NCBI GenBank assembly: GCA_054600435.1
Contig: BAAIJX010000037.1
Coordinates: 186,001 to 228,266, forward strand
Source of the DNA: Neophaeotheca triangularis
Taxonomy: Eukaryota
Direction: 5' to 3'
DNA: 42,266 nucleotides
The translations under genes and the position numbers were made by a program. This document shows, in pieces, positions 13,136 through 24,583 of this stretch. The notes under the pieces were generated by a model. The model searched no databases. It worked only from the letters and a program-made list of their open reading frames with translations, and had not been told where the DNA came from. Positions within the stretch are counted from its first letter, which is position 1, and each line of letters opens with the position of its first letter.

Positions 13136-14061
13136 AACCGCATCGTAATCGGGTCGGTATTGCTTCAAGTTGGCGGTGAGAGCTGCATGGAGGAGGAAAC
13201 AGGTGGGTCGGGTGGATGATGGCTATAGATTCTGCACCAGTCTCGAATAGTGACGGGAAGGCGAAAGTTTCGCTTGTGATCCACACACGAGGGTGTTCGT
13301 GGGGGTTCTTTCGGATGGCTATTGAGCGTTGTTTAACGGGGGAGTTTTCGCACACTGTGCATTTGCAAGTATGGCTGGGATGGCTCGGGGAGTCTTCTTT
13401 TTGAAGTCGAGACTCGGGATGAGCTATGAAGAGCGACTTTGTTTTTCGCGTTCGTAGGCTTTGGACGATGTAGCGTGCTATGCTACCCTATCCTATATAT
13501 GCTGACCTTTCCTAGCCTATGCTGTTCCTTGAGCAGTGTAGTTCTCCGTGCAGCTTATTGTTGTGGTGTCAACGATCCACCACTAACATTTCACTCGCTC
13601 GTTCGTCCCGAAGTTGTTTATATGTCTATTGCTAATGACCATGTTAGCGAAGATGTCTGTCGCACTGCGTTTGTATCATCCTCAACCTCGCTTTCGCGCG
13701 AATCGATCAGGCAGACGATTTGATTGAAATGGAAAGTCTACGAGAAGGTGTAGTTTACCTCTAGTGAAGATCAATTGCCCACGTGCTACGCTATCTCAGT
13801 GGTTGCATGATTGATTGCATGTTGGACTTCTTCCTCTCGTTGACACGTGGGCTGCGCGATTGGCTGAAGCTTCGAGGAACGAGCGACAATTGATGCATTT
13901 GTATATTAGGGATGTACTTTCTTGCATCGTCATTGCACTTTTATCATTTCGGCCTATTTACCCATGTCGTCTTGAATCCATATAAAGTCACTCAGCGTTT
14001 GAGATCAGAGGTAGAAGTGTAGATATCCGAGTCTCTCCATTCAAGCACTCGATTTCCAACA

Positions 14062-15018
14062 ATGTTTTCGCAATCATTCTCTCTCCTCGCCTTGACGGCC
14101 CCCGTCGCCCTCGCTCAAACCCACCTTCCCCTCTCCAACTCCCTGCAAAATATCCTCTCCCACGCCCAATCTGGCCCTCTCTACACCTACCCCACCGACC
14201 TAACCCAAGGCATCATCCCCAAACCCTTCCACTCCCACAACGACTACTGGCGACCCGTTCCCTTTTACTCTGCTCTCTCCGTCGGAGCCATTAGCGTCGA
14301 GGCCGATGTCTTCCTCCATAACAATGCCACCCTCCTCGTCGGCCACGAAGAAAGCGCCTTGACCACGGTCCGCACCTTCGAATCCCTTTACATCGACCCC
14401 ATTCTCTCCGTCCTCAACGCTCAAAACCCCTCCAGCCCCTTCGTCACCACGGAAAATCTTCCAACCCGCAACGGCGTCTACGACACGGCCGCAGGCCAAA
14501 CCCTCTACCTCTTCGTCGACCTCAAAACCCCCGGCCCCGAAACCTGGCCACTCGTGGTCGCCGCTCTCCAACCGCTGCGTGAAGCCGGGTACCTAACAAC
14601 CTACAACGGCAGCGCCATCGTCCCAGGCCCAGTGACCGTGATAGGCACAGGCAACACGCCCCTCGACCAAATCGCCTCGGTCTCTCCTCGCGACTACTTC
14701 TACGATGCCTCACTCCCTCTCCTCACCACGGAGCACTCCAACATCACCGCCGAAATCTCTCCGATAGCTTCTACGGCTTTCACCGCCGTGCTAGGCGATT
14801 TTAGGGGTTTAGAATTGAATTCCACGCAGCTGGAGGTTTTGGCCGACCAGGTGGGAGTTGCGAGGGAGAGGGGGATTGGAGTCAGGTATTGGGACCAGCC
14901 GGGTTTTCCTATCGGGACAAGGAATGCGGTTTGGAGGCAGTTGTGGGAGGCGGGCGTGGAGTTGCTTAATGTGGATGATTTGGAGGGGGCGGCGGGATTT
15001 TGGGAGGGGAGTGCGTAG
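14062..15018 (+). CDS. AIM6: Aim6-like PLC-type phosphodiesterase-fold protein with signal peptide
   Basis: HSHNDYWR, SVEADV, LYLFVDLKT, VTVIGTGNTP, VRYWDQP, LLNVDDL motifs; hydrophobic N-terminus; TATAAA at 13981. Confidence 0.8.
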   Translation: MFSQSFSLLALTAPVALAQTHLPLSNSLQNILSHAQSGPLYTYPTDLTQGIIPKPFHSHNDYWRPVPFYSALSVGAISVEADVFLHNNATLLVGHEESALTTVRTFESLYIDPILSVLNAQNPSSPFVTTENLPTRNGVYDTAAGQTLYLFVDLKTPGPETWPLVVAALQPLREAGYLTTYNGSAIVPGPVTVIGTGNTPLDQIASVSPRDYFYDASLPLLTTEHSNITAEISPIASTAFTAVLGDFRGLELNSTQLEVLADQVGVARERGIGVRYWDQPGFPIGTRNAVWRQLWEAGVELLNVDDLEGAAGFWEGSA

Positions 15019-15516
15019 GCGGAGGGCCCTTGGGTGATAGGGTCTGGTGCATAATGGGTAGGTTTGGTGGGAGAGATTTTGTGACGATCACCGCGTCGTA
15101 GCTGCCTCCTGGCTTGATTGTTTGCTTGCTGCCAGAAGTTTGTCGCATGCACTACCAACTGGGGTGGGAAACCACTTTGGTGAGTGTCCCTGGTTGGAGA
15201 TTGGAGGCCACGCAAGTGACGTTGATTGACTATTTGTAAGGTCATGATATTCGTAAATTCATGTCTAGACCGAGCTGACTATGCAACCACTGCGCCAATA
15301 ATCTCTGGCATTCAAGTGATCTGCTTCCTGTCTTTATGTGCTTGCTTCTCCCAGCGTATACCAATGTGTATACTAGTGCCAGCAGCCCCCTTGAGAAGAC
15401 TGCAAGAAGCTCTCAGGCCGCCAGCGGCCGCGTTGCTGTACGGCGCAAAGGGAAAGACCTTACAGCATCGAGCGTACTCCAACGAATGTCTCGCTCACAA
15501 CTCATCGTGGACCCGC

Positions 15517-17508
15517 CTAATACACATAAACGAACTCGTCATTCTTGCGGTCGGTAAGATCTAGGAATGCTTGCTGGCCGAGCTCGTCATCGGTATTCCT
15601 GTCCGCCTGGTAATGGTGCGTCATGCTCAAATCCTTAATCTTCGCGGGCTTGTTGTTCGCAACGCGCTTCTTCTCTTGCAGCTTGTTGAGGAACACAAGG
15701 TTCCCGAGCTGTAGGCCGACGACGGCGATAAGCGCGGCCATGATGCCCATAGTAGCGCGGAGACCCGGGAGGTACTCCGGTGCGGACTCGAGGCTGAAAA
15801 GTAGAGGGCCTAGAATGTTGCCGGCCGAGGTACCAGCATTGTAGAGGGACATGATGACGGATTTTTTAGTGCTGCCGCCGATGTTGGAGATCATCCAGCT
15901 GACGATTAGCGGGTTGCCGCCGTAGAGGAAGCCGGTGAGGTAGTAGCCTGCGAGGTTGGCGCCGGTCTGGGTACGGTCCATAGTGTAGAGGAGGACCAGG
16001 CCAAGGAGCACCGGGAGCATAAGGCCGGCGATGAATGGGGATTTGATGCGGTAGCGATGCGCGAGCCATGATGCTGGGAGGATGATGGCTAGTTGTACTG
16101 CGCCGAAGGGGATATTTAGCAATGCGGTGATACCGGCATCGCCTCCGTTGATGTCTAAGCCTTGTAGGATGAGGGGGCCGAAAGTGTTTGTGACAGCTGC
16201 TCCGTTGTTAAGGCATAGGGTCATGGCGACGAACAACCAACTCTTAGGCTCTAACAGAGCTTCCCACACGTGAGCCAGCTTGAACTCGCGGGACCCAGTG
16301 CCAGAGTTATTTGCGCGGAGGCGTTCCAGCGCTTGCTTCTTTTCGTGCTCGTTCAAGAAGCGTGCACTTGCTACATCGCTGTCGAGGAAATACCAGACAA
16401 CTGGCACAGAGATTACGGTCATCAGACCGTTGGTCAGGAACAGACTAGTTTCCTGCGTTAGTACCGAAAGCAACCCCTTCTAGAGCGAGCGTGCACTAAC
16501 CATTGCCAAACCGAGAGGCCGGGGTTCGAGATTTGGGCGAAACCGTAGCCCATAGCAGAGCAGCTGCGAAAAGCGTTAGATCGGGTGGGTTTGTGCTGAG
16601 GTGATGGCTGTATAAACTTACACCATGGTCGCCAGTCCATTGGTCCCGTACCTAGAGACAAAGTCAGGTTGGTTCATCAATCACACATTTTTCCCGTTCA
16701 AACCTACCAAAGGGCAACACGGAAAGGTTGTTCACTTCTCCTGTACCACTGACTAGTGATGACTGCAAAGAGGGCTACAGTGATAACCGAGTCAGCAAAT
16801 CATTCAACGGCCAAACTGGCACATCTCGGATGCAAAGAGACTTACGAAGGCAGCCCGCTTCGAAAAGACCAAGGAAAAATCGAGCTGTCAAGAGGCCAGC
16901 GAAATTGTGAGCAAAGGCCATGCCAACTCCTGCCAGACCCCAACCAAGCATGAGCGATGGCATGAGGATACGGTGAGGAACCTAGTATACGGTTGTCAGT
17001 GTCTGGGTCTCGAGCGATCGACGATTGGGTAAGCGGCCCCCTTGCTCCACACTGCTGGGACGACCAACCTTGACAATGAGGTACGAAGAGAAGGGTTGCC
17101 AAGCCAGCTGGGCGATGGGAGCAATAGAACTGATCATGGAATATTCACGTCCGGTGAGCGTAATGTCGTCACGAAGGCCAAAGATGACGCCGACGCCCAG
17201 CACGGATTTGTCGATGATTTGATTGAAGTACACCCACACCAAGATTGGGAGGATGTACTTGTCGATCTTCTTGCGGATGCGAATGTTCTGTGTTCATCAG
17301 ATCAGCATTGTGACTTACCAGAGGCGGAGCTGGGCTCCAATGTGCTTGCTGGACGTACATCTTCTTCGCTGACTTCGATTCTTTCGCCAGCCAACATAGC
17401 GGCGCCGCGATCGCCATGGGCAATACGTTGCTGCTCTTCAATGTCGATCGGCTTTTGCAGTGTCTCCTCATGGAGAACACCTCCTTCTTTGCTAATATCT
17501 GTCGCCAT
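15517..17508 (-). CDS. MFS transporter, Dal5/allantoate permease (anion:cation symporter) family; 7 exons (~17508-17359, 17287-17069, 16981-16846, 16774-16708, 16651-16622, 16563-16501, 16444-15517)
   Basis: Spliced product has RKKIDKYILP, ARFFLGLFEAGCLP, QWYRRSEQPFR, ARFLNEHEK, NIGGSTKKS, GNILGPLLF and the C-terminal AFLDLTDRKNDEFVYVY; all introns GT-AG. Confidence 0.88.
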
Positions 17509-19419
17509 GGTGTATGTAGGTCTTGGGATGCGGAGATCAAGTTCAAAGCCAAAACTGTTAACAATTCGATAGAGGGATGAAATAGGCTGATGAGATTAGT
17601 GATCATAGGGTAGGCTGGTCTGCCTGTTTATATAGAGCGCCATCGTCCCACTGGGTCGCCGTTGGGTGGGAAAAGTGTGGAGTTGCCATGGGGAAGGTTA
17701 CTTGAGACCCCGCGCCCAGAGTCAGAGGCTGCCACAACGGCTCGCGGGGAACGGCAGGCTCGTAGTTGCAATGATGAGCGAAGTTGTAAATCTATCGTCG
17801 GCAATGCAGGCATTCATTTGGTGACGGCGAATATCCCTTGATACGGCCGGGATGCCAGAAGTGGCTTGGGCGGCTTTTGAAGATCGGCAGTCGGCAGAAA
17901 TCCCGCCCTACTGCCCTGCCAAGAGTGAAATACCAAGGCAGAGCTAAGGCGGGGAAAAGCTGGAGTAGTATTGCGGAGAAGCGATACCTAGCCATAAACC
18001 GTCGGAAGTAATCAGCTGGATACATAGGCACGTGAAAGGGTGAGAATGATCTGCCGTGGATCAAGAACTTCTTTGATAGGTGGGACTTGGAAGCACCCTT
18101 CCCCGTAAAAGTTCTTTCGAAAGATTGCAGCAGGGGCTCCGGGCATTCTCTGGAGATAGGCGAGGTAGGTACATGCCCGAATGCCGCCTACTAGAGGTAT
18201 ATCCATGGGTACAGCGCATCTTCCGCGTCTCGGCAAATGACAACTTCCATCCCTCCTCTGAGCATTTCCGGTATAGTGGTACTCGTCCGCCCACTAATGA
18301 ACTGGAGTTATAAATTTTCCCGTGCCAATGCTGTGCTCCCGCAGATGGATGCGGCATATTACCGTGTTCCGACCATGGCGGATGTGAGGCTTCGGGATCG
18401 GAGGCTGTTCTCAGACCATCAAACCCCGAGCGGGAGTCAGATATGGGGGACGGAAGCTGTCCTCGAAATATAGATGCTTTGCGGAAAGCGATGGATCGCT
18501 TCGATCTACCGGAAAATCGCGGCCTCGCACCCTTGTCCGCCTTGCGGATACAGTAATAAGCAGCGGAGGATGTGCGACGAGAGCTAGTGCGGGTCGCGGA
18601 AGTTCTTCCTGTGGTAAGTGGTTGCTAACACGCCAGAAGAAGACGGCTACCCTCAATCGCCGTCACTTGTTGTTGGGCCAGACGGAGCGGTCAAGAGATG
18701 CGGGCTTCATTCGGCGAGCGAGCGAGCACAGCTGAAACTGAGGCTGTAGGCAGGAGTAGCATCCCGCTTGGACAGTTTTGCGCTCCAGAGGCCGGCCACT
18801 GTGTGGCTGATGGCTGCTCTTCCTAGTTGCCTACCAGGCCTTATCGATGCACATTCTTCTTCTGGCCTCACTTATTCCGTGCCTTTGGCGATTGTTGGCT
18901 TGTTTTGTCCATTCTCGTTCCAGTGAACAAGCTCGCGAGCTTATCGCCCGGTGCTCGTTCGCCCCCCCTGTTCAGGGAGTGTTCAGCCTTTCCCATTTTC
19001 CGCTCGTCTGCTCCGATCATATCCGCATATGCTGCCAACAGGCCAAGTCACTGGACACTGTCTGTTTAATCGTCGTTGACTGCGTTCTCCGCATGTGCGC
19101 CAGGACCAAAAGCTCGACTTGTTATCCTCCTGGCTGGACCTGGTTAATTATGTGTATTTGCTCCCTCGCTCGTGCGCGCGGGGGCAGTGGGCTTGCAAAG
19201 AGCGGGCTCACCTTGCAATATCGACGAGCTGAATGCGCGGAGATTCCAGAGCCCTGTCTCATGTGTCGAGAAGGTTGAATGCGGCATTCGATGTAAGTAG
19301 TGCCACACGGCATCCGGGGCGAAAAGCCATCACATCATAGGGTCAGGGTTCGAGCGCCTCCTCCGGAAACAAGGTCTATCCATGCCTAGATGTTGACATC
19401 TATAGGACTTCGAAATCAG

Positions 19420-19905
19420 TCAGGATAACTTCTTTTAAGTTTCAAGCATGATGTTAGTCTACTACTTTACTAGTACTCTAGTAGCCAAAGCTAAAGAAAA
19501 CCTTACCTAGCTTATACAACTAGTTTAAGTCCTAATCCTTATAAGTTAAAGAAGAAAAAGGCGAGTTTAGAGGCTAAATACTACTACTACTTCTACCATT
19601 TCCTATACTAGTAGCAGAAGACCTAGGAGTAGAGCTAATAGTAGCTTTCCTATAGAAGGGCAGTGAAGCTAAACTGAAAGATATTTAGTGAAGCTTGAAA
19701 ACTCTACCACCTTAGAGGTCTTACCTCAATACTCTTAGTCAAGCTAGATGTAGAGAAGTTTTACTAATATTGGGTAGGCAGGTGTAATGGTTATTTTTGG
19801 AGGTTGTTGTAAAGAAGAAGTAGAGCTAGTAAGCTAGAAAGTTTTATGCCTGCTTAGGCTAGTACATACTATTGCTTATACTATGCTACACTATCACTAC
19901 TACGT
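19420..19905. repeat. AT-rich RIP-mutated repeat relic
   Basis: Sharp-edged island of TAG/CTA-rich sequence, CpA/TpG depleted, stop codons throughout. Confidence 0.65.
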
Positions 19906-20217
19906 GTCGTGAATGTGCTGTTTCCCATCCATATGGGGGGAAGTGTTATAAGTGAGTCGGGAAGACACGTAATCGAGGCAATTCATACCTAAGGCATGTC
20001 TGGCAAGAGCACACATTCATCTCTTCCTAATTCAGACAGCCAGTAGCCAGAATTTAGCTTTTCTCTGAATCAATCGTTTTATCTCTAGCCTTGCATGCAC
20101 AATATGACCACCTCAACTTTCCCCATGCTTGTCTCAGCGTATACAGACCCAAATCGCAAAGGCAGAAGCTACCTAGCTACCTTACGCGCCGATTTTGGGC
20201 TCGTTCTGCCAGGATGC

Positions 20218-21841
20218 TCACAACATGTACTTGAAATCCAATCCTCGATCGTCCCGATAGCCATTGGTAGTCGCTCCGTTGGCTTTCGCTTTGTCTTTCT
20301 TCATGTCACGCCGTCTGAGAAGCATCCAGCAGGCAAAGTAGAGACCAGCGGCGACGCAGTCAAGGCCAGCCGAGATGGCGTTTCCCTGAATGTATCGTGG
20401 GCCCCGATTGCTGGGATAGAGCTGGCCGGACACAAGAGCAGAAAGATTTGCGATTGAATATGCAAACGGCATCGCTATTGCTCGCTTACCATCTGGAGAT
20501 ACGTTGGTGGCGACCCAGGCGACTGCTAGGGTGGAGATGGTGTATACTCCTAGTGAGAGGTCAGTGTGCCGTCAACTCCCGGGCGATTTCGAAGCAGCAT
20601 ACGCATGACCAAGACAAACATTGCGGCGTACCCTGGCCCATCGTTTGACGTTCCTACGACGATGAAGTACCCAGCCATGACCGGGAAAGCACATCCCACC
20701 AAGAACGGCGCTCGTCTACCAAGTTTGTCTGATGCATAGCAGTTGATAACAAGGCATACCGCTCCCAGAAAATACACGGGGATTGTCAAATAATTGACCT
20801 GGATGGACGCGTATCTTTGACCATTAGCACGGGACCTTTTGAGCTGGAGAATCTCAGAACTTACCCAAGACCTTCAATGATGGTTGGTAGAAAGATACCA
20901 AACCCGGTGATAGCTACCGAAGATGTGAAGAAAGCAATCCCGAGCAGCCAATTGAAAGGATCTGTAAAGGATGGCTTGAGCCACTGGCGGTTCGACTCGC
21001 CACCTCCTCGGTATGCTGCATCGCGCTGTTTCTTTAAGTGCATAGTCTCTCTCGTCGGGGCTTAGGAACCAGGCATCTTCTATCGAATTCGGTAGAAGAG
21101 CCCATCCAGCCCACCACTGCCGTCAAACAAAATTCGACGATGAAGAGCCATCTCCAAGGCGCAAGTCCCCGTCTCTCGCCCATGCTTTGCACTCGGTAAG
21201 CAAACAAACCCCCAAAAGCACCAGATGTGCAGTTGGCCAAATTGTTAAGCATGATGCGCTTGGCAGCGGATGATCGTGGGTAGATAGTCGAGAACAGGTA
21301 AGAGAATCCTGGGGCTATACCGGCTTCAGCGGCACCGAGCAGCATGCGCACTGCTATGGCTTGGGCGTAATTGGTGATGAATGCAGTCGCCAAAGTTATC
21401 ACACTCCACAAGAGCAGAGCGGTACCGAGTGCCCTGTTTGGTCCGAAGCGCTTAACGGCCATGGTCCAAGGAACTTCAAAGACGACGAGCGTCACGCTGA
21501 GCAGGGTTGCCAGGTTGCCGAATCGACCACCATACAAATTCAAGTCCTCGTCGAAGCCAAATACTCTGGCGTTACCAACCTGCGTGGTGTGAGCCTGGGT
21601 TTGAGATAAGATGAATTGTAGAACTCACATTGTTGCGATCGAGAGAAGCTAAGACCATGAAAACGAACGCAATAGGTACGAGCCATTTATCGAACTTCTT
21701 CAAGCAAGCTTTTTCAAGTTTGGGATCGACCGAAATGCCGTTCGAAAGCGTCTCTTCTGAATGCAGCTCGGGTGCTCTGACAACCGATGCATTCTGTTTG
21801 CAATCATGCATTGGGAAACTGTTTTCAGGTGTGGCGGACAT
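20218..21841 (-). pseudogene. MFS transporter (Tna1/Dal5-type) with two apparent frameshifts (exons 21841-21629, 21579-20865, 20814-20603, 20549-20218)
   Basis: KFDKWLVP...LDRNNVGNA, RMLLGAAEAG, LAPWRWLFIVE; frame changes near 21110 (into GWALLPNSIEDAWFLSPDER) and near 21045 in a GA run (into MHLKKQRD); ends DDRGLDFKYML. Confidence 0.8.
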
Positions 21842-21952
21842 GGTTCCAATGGGCTATTGTGAGCTCCAGTCGGGTAGTTGAACTCCCATTTCCCAGCAAG
21901 ATCTGCCATTGTTAAAGTACTCAATTCAAACGTTGCCGACAAATGATCGCAG

Positions 21953-22071
21953 TATCACCCGTATCACCTATCACGCTGATAGCAAGCTCAAAGATAGGAC
22001 ATGGGACTAAAAGTGCGATTCTACTATTACGATAGCAACAGCGGGCAAACGCCGGATGCACGCTTCCTATC
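21953..22071. promoter_or_regulatory. Dense GATA-site cluster (putative AreA/Nit2 sites) in the divergent MFS/SBP promoter
   Basis: Seven GATA/TATC cores at 21953, 21962, 21969, 21978, 21993, 22031, 22068; five match HGATAR. Confidence 0.55.
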
Positions 22072-22395
22072 TCGATGAACCACTTCGAGATGAAGAGGCT
22101 ACTCATCACCATGTCTAAGCATGCATGAATGGTATACCGAGCTTCGGAAAGTTAACCTAAACACCTATCGTAATGCCGTGGAAGTAAACATCCATTAGCC
22201 AAGTGGCCTATCGACCAGACGCGCCCGAACATCAGCCCACATCACGATATTTAAAGGCCTCCTCGACTTTCGTGCTGCAAAGTCTACTCACCTAGAAAAT
22301 ACAGCAACGCCCCTGTCTATCTGAACCGCCTTAATCCCGATCATTAGTTGGCCGTCCTTCTACTCCTATCATACTGCGATCACACTGCGGTCAAC

Positions 22396-23331
22396 ATGGA
22401 AAAGTTCCGGGTCTCAGCCACTGGCCACAGCCTCAACTATCTGCCAGAATACATCGCCCAGCGACACGGTTTCTTCAAAGAACAGCATCTAGAATGCGTC
22501 GTTAGCGTACCTTCACCATGGGACAGGGTTCTGGATGATCGCACAAAAGTCCGCCGACGCTGCCCTGGGAGGCATTTGGGTACCATCGATGTACTACGGC
22601 AGAAGCTCGACCTACACTGCATTTGCGCAAGTCTCGAATCGCTGTCCACTTGCTCTGCTCAAGCGTGGCTCTGCATCCAATTTCCATCTATCTCAGCCTG
22701 CGGGAAGTACGGTTCTCATGAAATCCGGCAATGGGGCTAGCGTCGGCCTCTTTTTCAAGATGCTACTACGAGAGTCTGGCGTGGATCCGAATACGGTACA
22801 CTTTGTTCAAGACTTGGAGGGCAAGATGCTCGCTGAGCTATTCCAAGGCGGAATGGGTGACTACTCCGTCGTCGATATCGTTTCAGCTCGTACGATGGCC
22901 CGCGCCAACTCTGATCTCTCAGTCTGCATGGAAATGGTAGTCGATGGTGGAGAGATTCCTTTGCGCGTCTATTATTCCGAAGATGCGAAGTTGACGCCCG
23001 CGGTCACCGACAAGCAAGCACGATTCTTTGCAGCGCTTACTCGGGGCGTCAGATGGGTGCTCGAGCATAATGCGGAGACTTCCAAGGATGAACTGGCCGC
23101 CATCTTCCCCTCAGCCCCTGTGGACATTCTGGTCGACATAACGAACATGTACCGGTCAAATGGCATGTGGACTGACTTCGTTGTAAGCCGTACTGGCTTT
23201 GATCGCTGGCAAAAAGGTCTGTCTGATGGCCGCCTGGTAAATTACCCTTGGCTTACGACGTTATTGTGAACTCTACGCCGTCGTCAAACCCGACGCTTCC
23301 GACAAATATCGCAATACCGAGAGTCTGGTAG
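22396..23331 (+). pseudogene. Intronless NMT1/THI5/SsuA-like (type II periplasmic binding fold) protein with two apparent frameshifts
   Basis: MEKFRVSATGHSLNYLPEYIAQRHGFFKEQHL matches the Y-x-P-x-Y-x-A-xxx-G-F-F start of NitT/TauT binding proteins; frame change ~22540 into AQKSADAALGGIWVP; RFFAALTRG..W; second frame change ~23241 into LPLAYDVIVNS to TAG at 23331; TATTTAAA upstream. Confidence 0.7.
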
Positions 23332-23426
23332 AGAATCAAGAAATGACGCAGGCCCTGCGGCTAGGGCATTAATTCAACCGGCCATTGAAGTCTAGTCGAT
23401 CGATCTGCGAATACCAAAACCCTGTC

Positions 23427-24270
23427 TCATTGATGAAGCAATTGCCCCTCATACGTATCTACCGAATCGCCAGTATTGAACATCAATCCCATCCAATCGT
23501 CAAGATCTTGGATTCGTGAAAGTCAAGCCTCACCTCGCCCTCGATGGCAATCGCATCTCCCATATCTTCCACGTATTTCATCATTCTAAGATGACCTTTT
23601 GCAGCCAAACTTCCCGAGTCCATCATACTGACGAGCAAGTCCCTGCCCGCTTCGTAGCCGCCGGCGTCATCCAGATGTTGATCGAAACTTCCTGGACAGC
23701 AGAGGTTCAATGTTATAGCCAGACGGAGAATCATCAGACTCGTGAAGAGATGCACGCTCTCCATGTAACCCAGGCGTACTGTGTCCGTCAGCCTCGTTCG
23801 TTAGGTCATCTAAAGAGAAAATCTCACCCAGCAGGCCAAACGATGAGATATCTCGGAAAATCCGCAAATTCGAGCGCGCTGCCCATAAACACTTGTTGTT
23901 CAATTCCTTATTATCTCTCTCTCGCCCTTCGTCGTTAGAGAATACCTGTGCTATCTGCTTGACTAACGCCGGCCGAAGCAAAACCATAACACTCTGCGGA
24001 CGGTCAGTGCTAACTCTTTTTCTTTTCAGTATTGGTCTCAGAGATCATACCTGGTTGAACCTGATGTGGAAGTTCGCCAGGGCTCTGATGCAGGCCAGAG
24101 ATTCGGAATGCACTGACGGCGGCAAACCAGTGTGCAGATCGAGAGCCTGAAAGTGCAGAAATAAGCACTGAGTTGCGGGAGCGAGTGCAATCGTTCCTAG
24201 TTTCTCGAGCTTGCCGGCGCCTGGGTGCTGGTAGGATTGAGCTTGCGCGTGCTTAGAAAGGGCATGCAAT
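23427..24270 (-). pseudogene. 5'-truncated relic of a fungal-specific (Zn2Cys6-family type) transcription factor, C-terminal region only
   Basis: Introns 24050-23994 and 23827-23779 splice to ALANFHIRFNQ-SVMVLLRP...CLWAARSNLRIF...RLGYMESVHLFTSLMIL, resembling fungal TF middle-homology C-termini; no DNA-binding domain; frameshift ~23515. Confidence 0.6.
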
Positions 24271-24337
24271 GACTAGACTCAAATTAAGCAGGCATTACAA
24301 TACGAAGGAAGGTAGCTAAAGTATGTGGTAATGTCAT

Positions 24338-24396
24338 GATACCGTAGGGAGATAAGGGCACCTCTCGAGGCGTACAGCTGATAATGAAGCTGATAG
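24338..24396 (+). promoter_or_regulatory. GATA-site cluster upstream of the PuuE-like gene
   Basis: TGATAC (24338), AGATAA (24351), TGATAA (24380), TGATAG (24392), all co-oriented, 190-245 bp before the ATG. Confidence 0.55.
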
Positions 24397-24583
24397 GCAT
24401 ATTTCTCAAAGCGCCGCTCCGTCAATTTAGCAAGATGCACAATATGAAGCAAGAGACTTTGTCCTTTGATGGCGGACTGCTGGGTTCAAAAAGCGCCCAA
24501 GCCTTTCTCATGTCTCTTTTCAATCGTTCATGGCCTAGTCTAGCCTCTTGCAAATTCCGACTTCCACACAAGACCAAGCTATC

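Noticed and set aside
7901..13355. Many antisense and alternate-frame ORFs over KDM5, and similarly over FRE and the LPMO
   Set aside because: Shadows of GC-rich coding sequence with no recognisable motifs
17288..17358. Internal GTAAGT in intron 1 of the Dal5-like gene suggesting a nested intron
   Set aside because: It would leave only ~31 nt to the acceptor, too short, and no second branch/acceptor set is evident
17600..19400. Short ORFs and a possible GTGAGC...CAG intron in the long intergenic region
   Set aside because: No recognisable protein motif; cannot support a gene or pseudogene call
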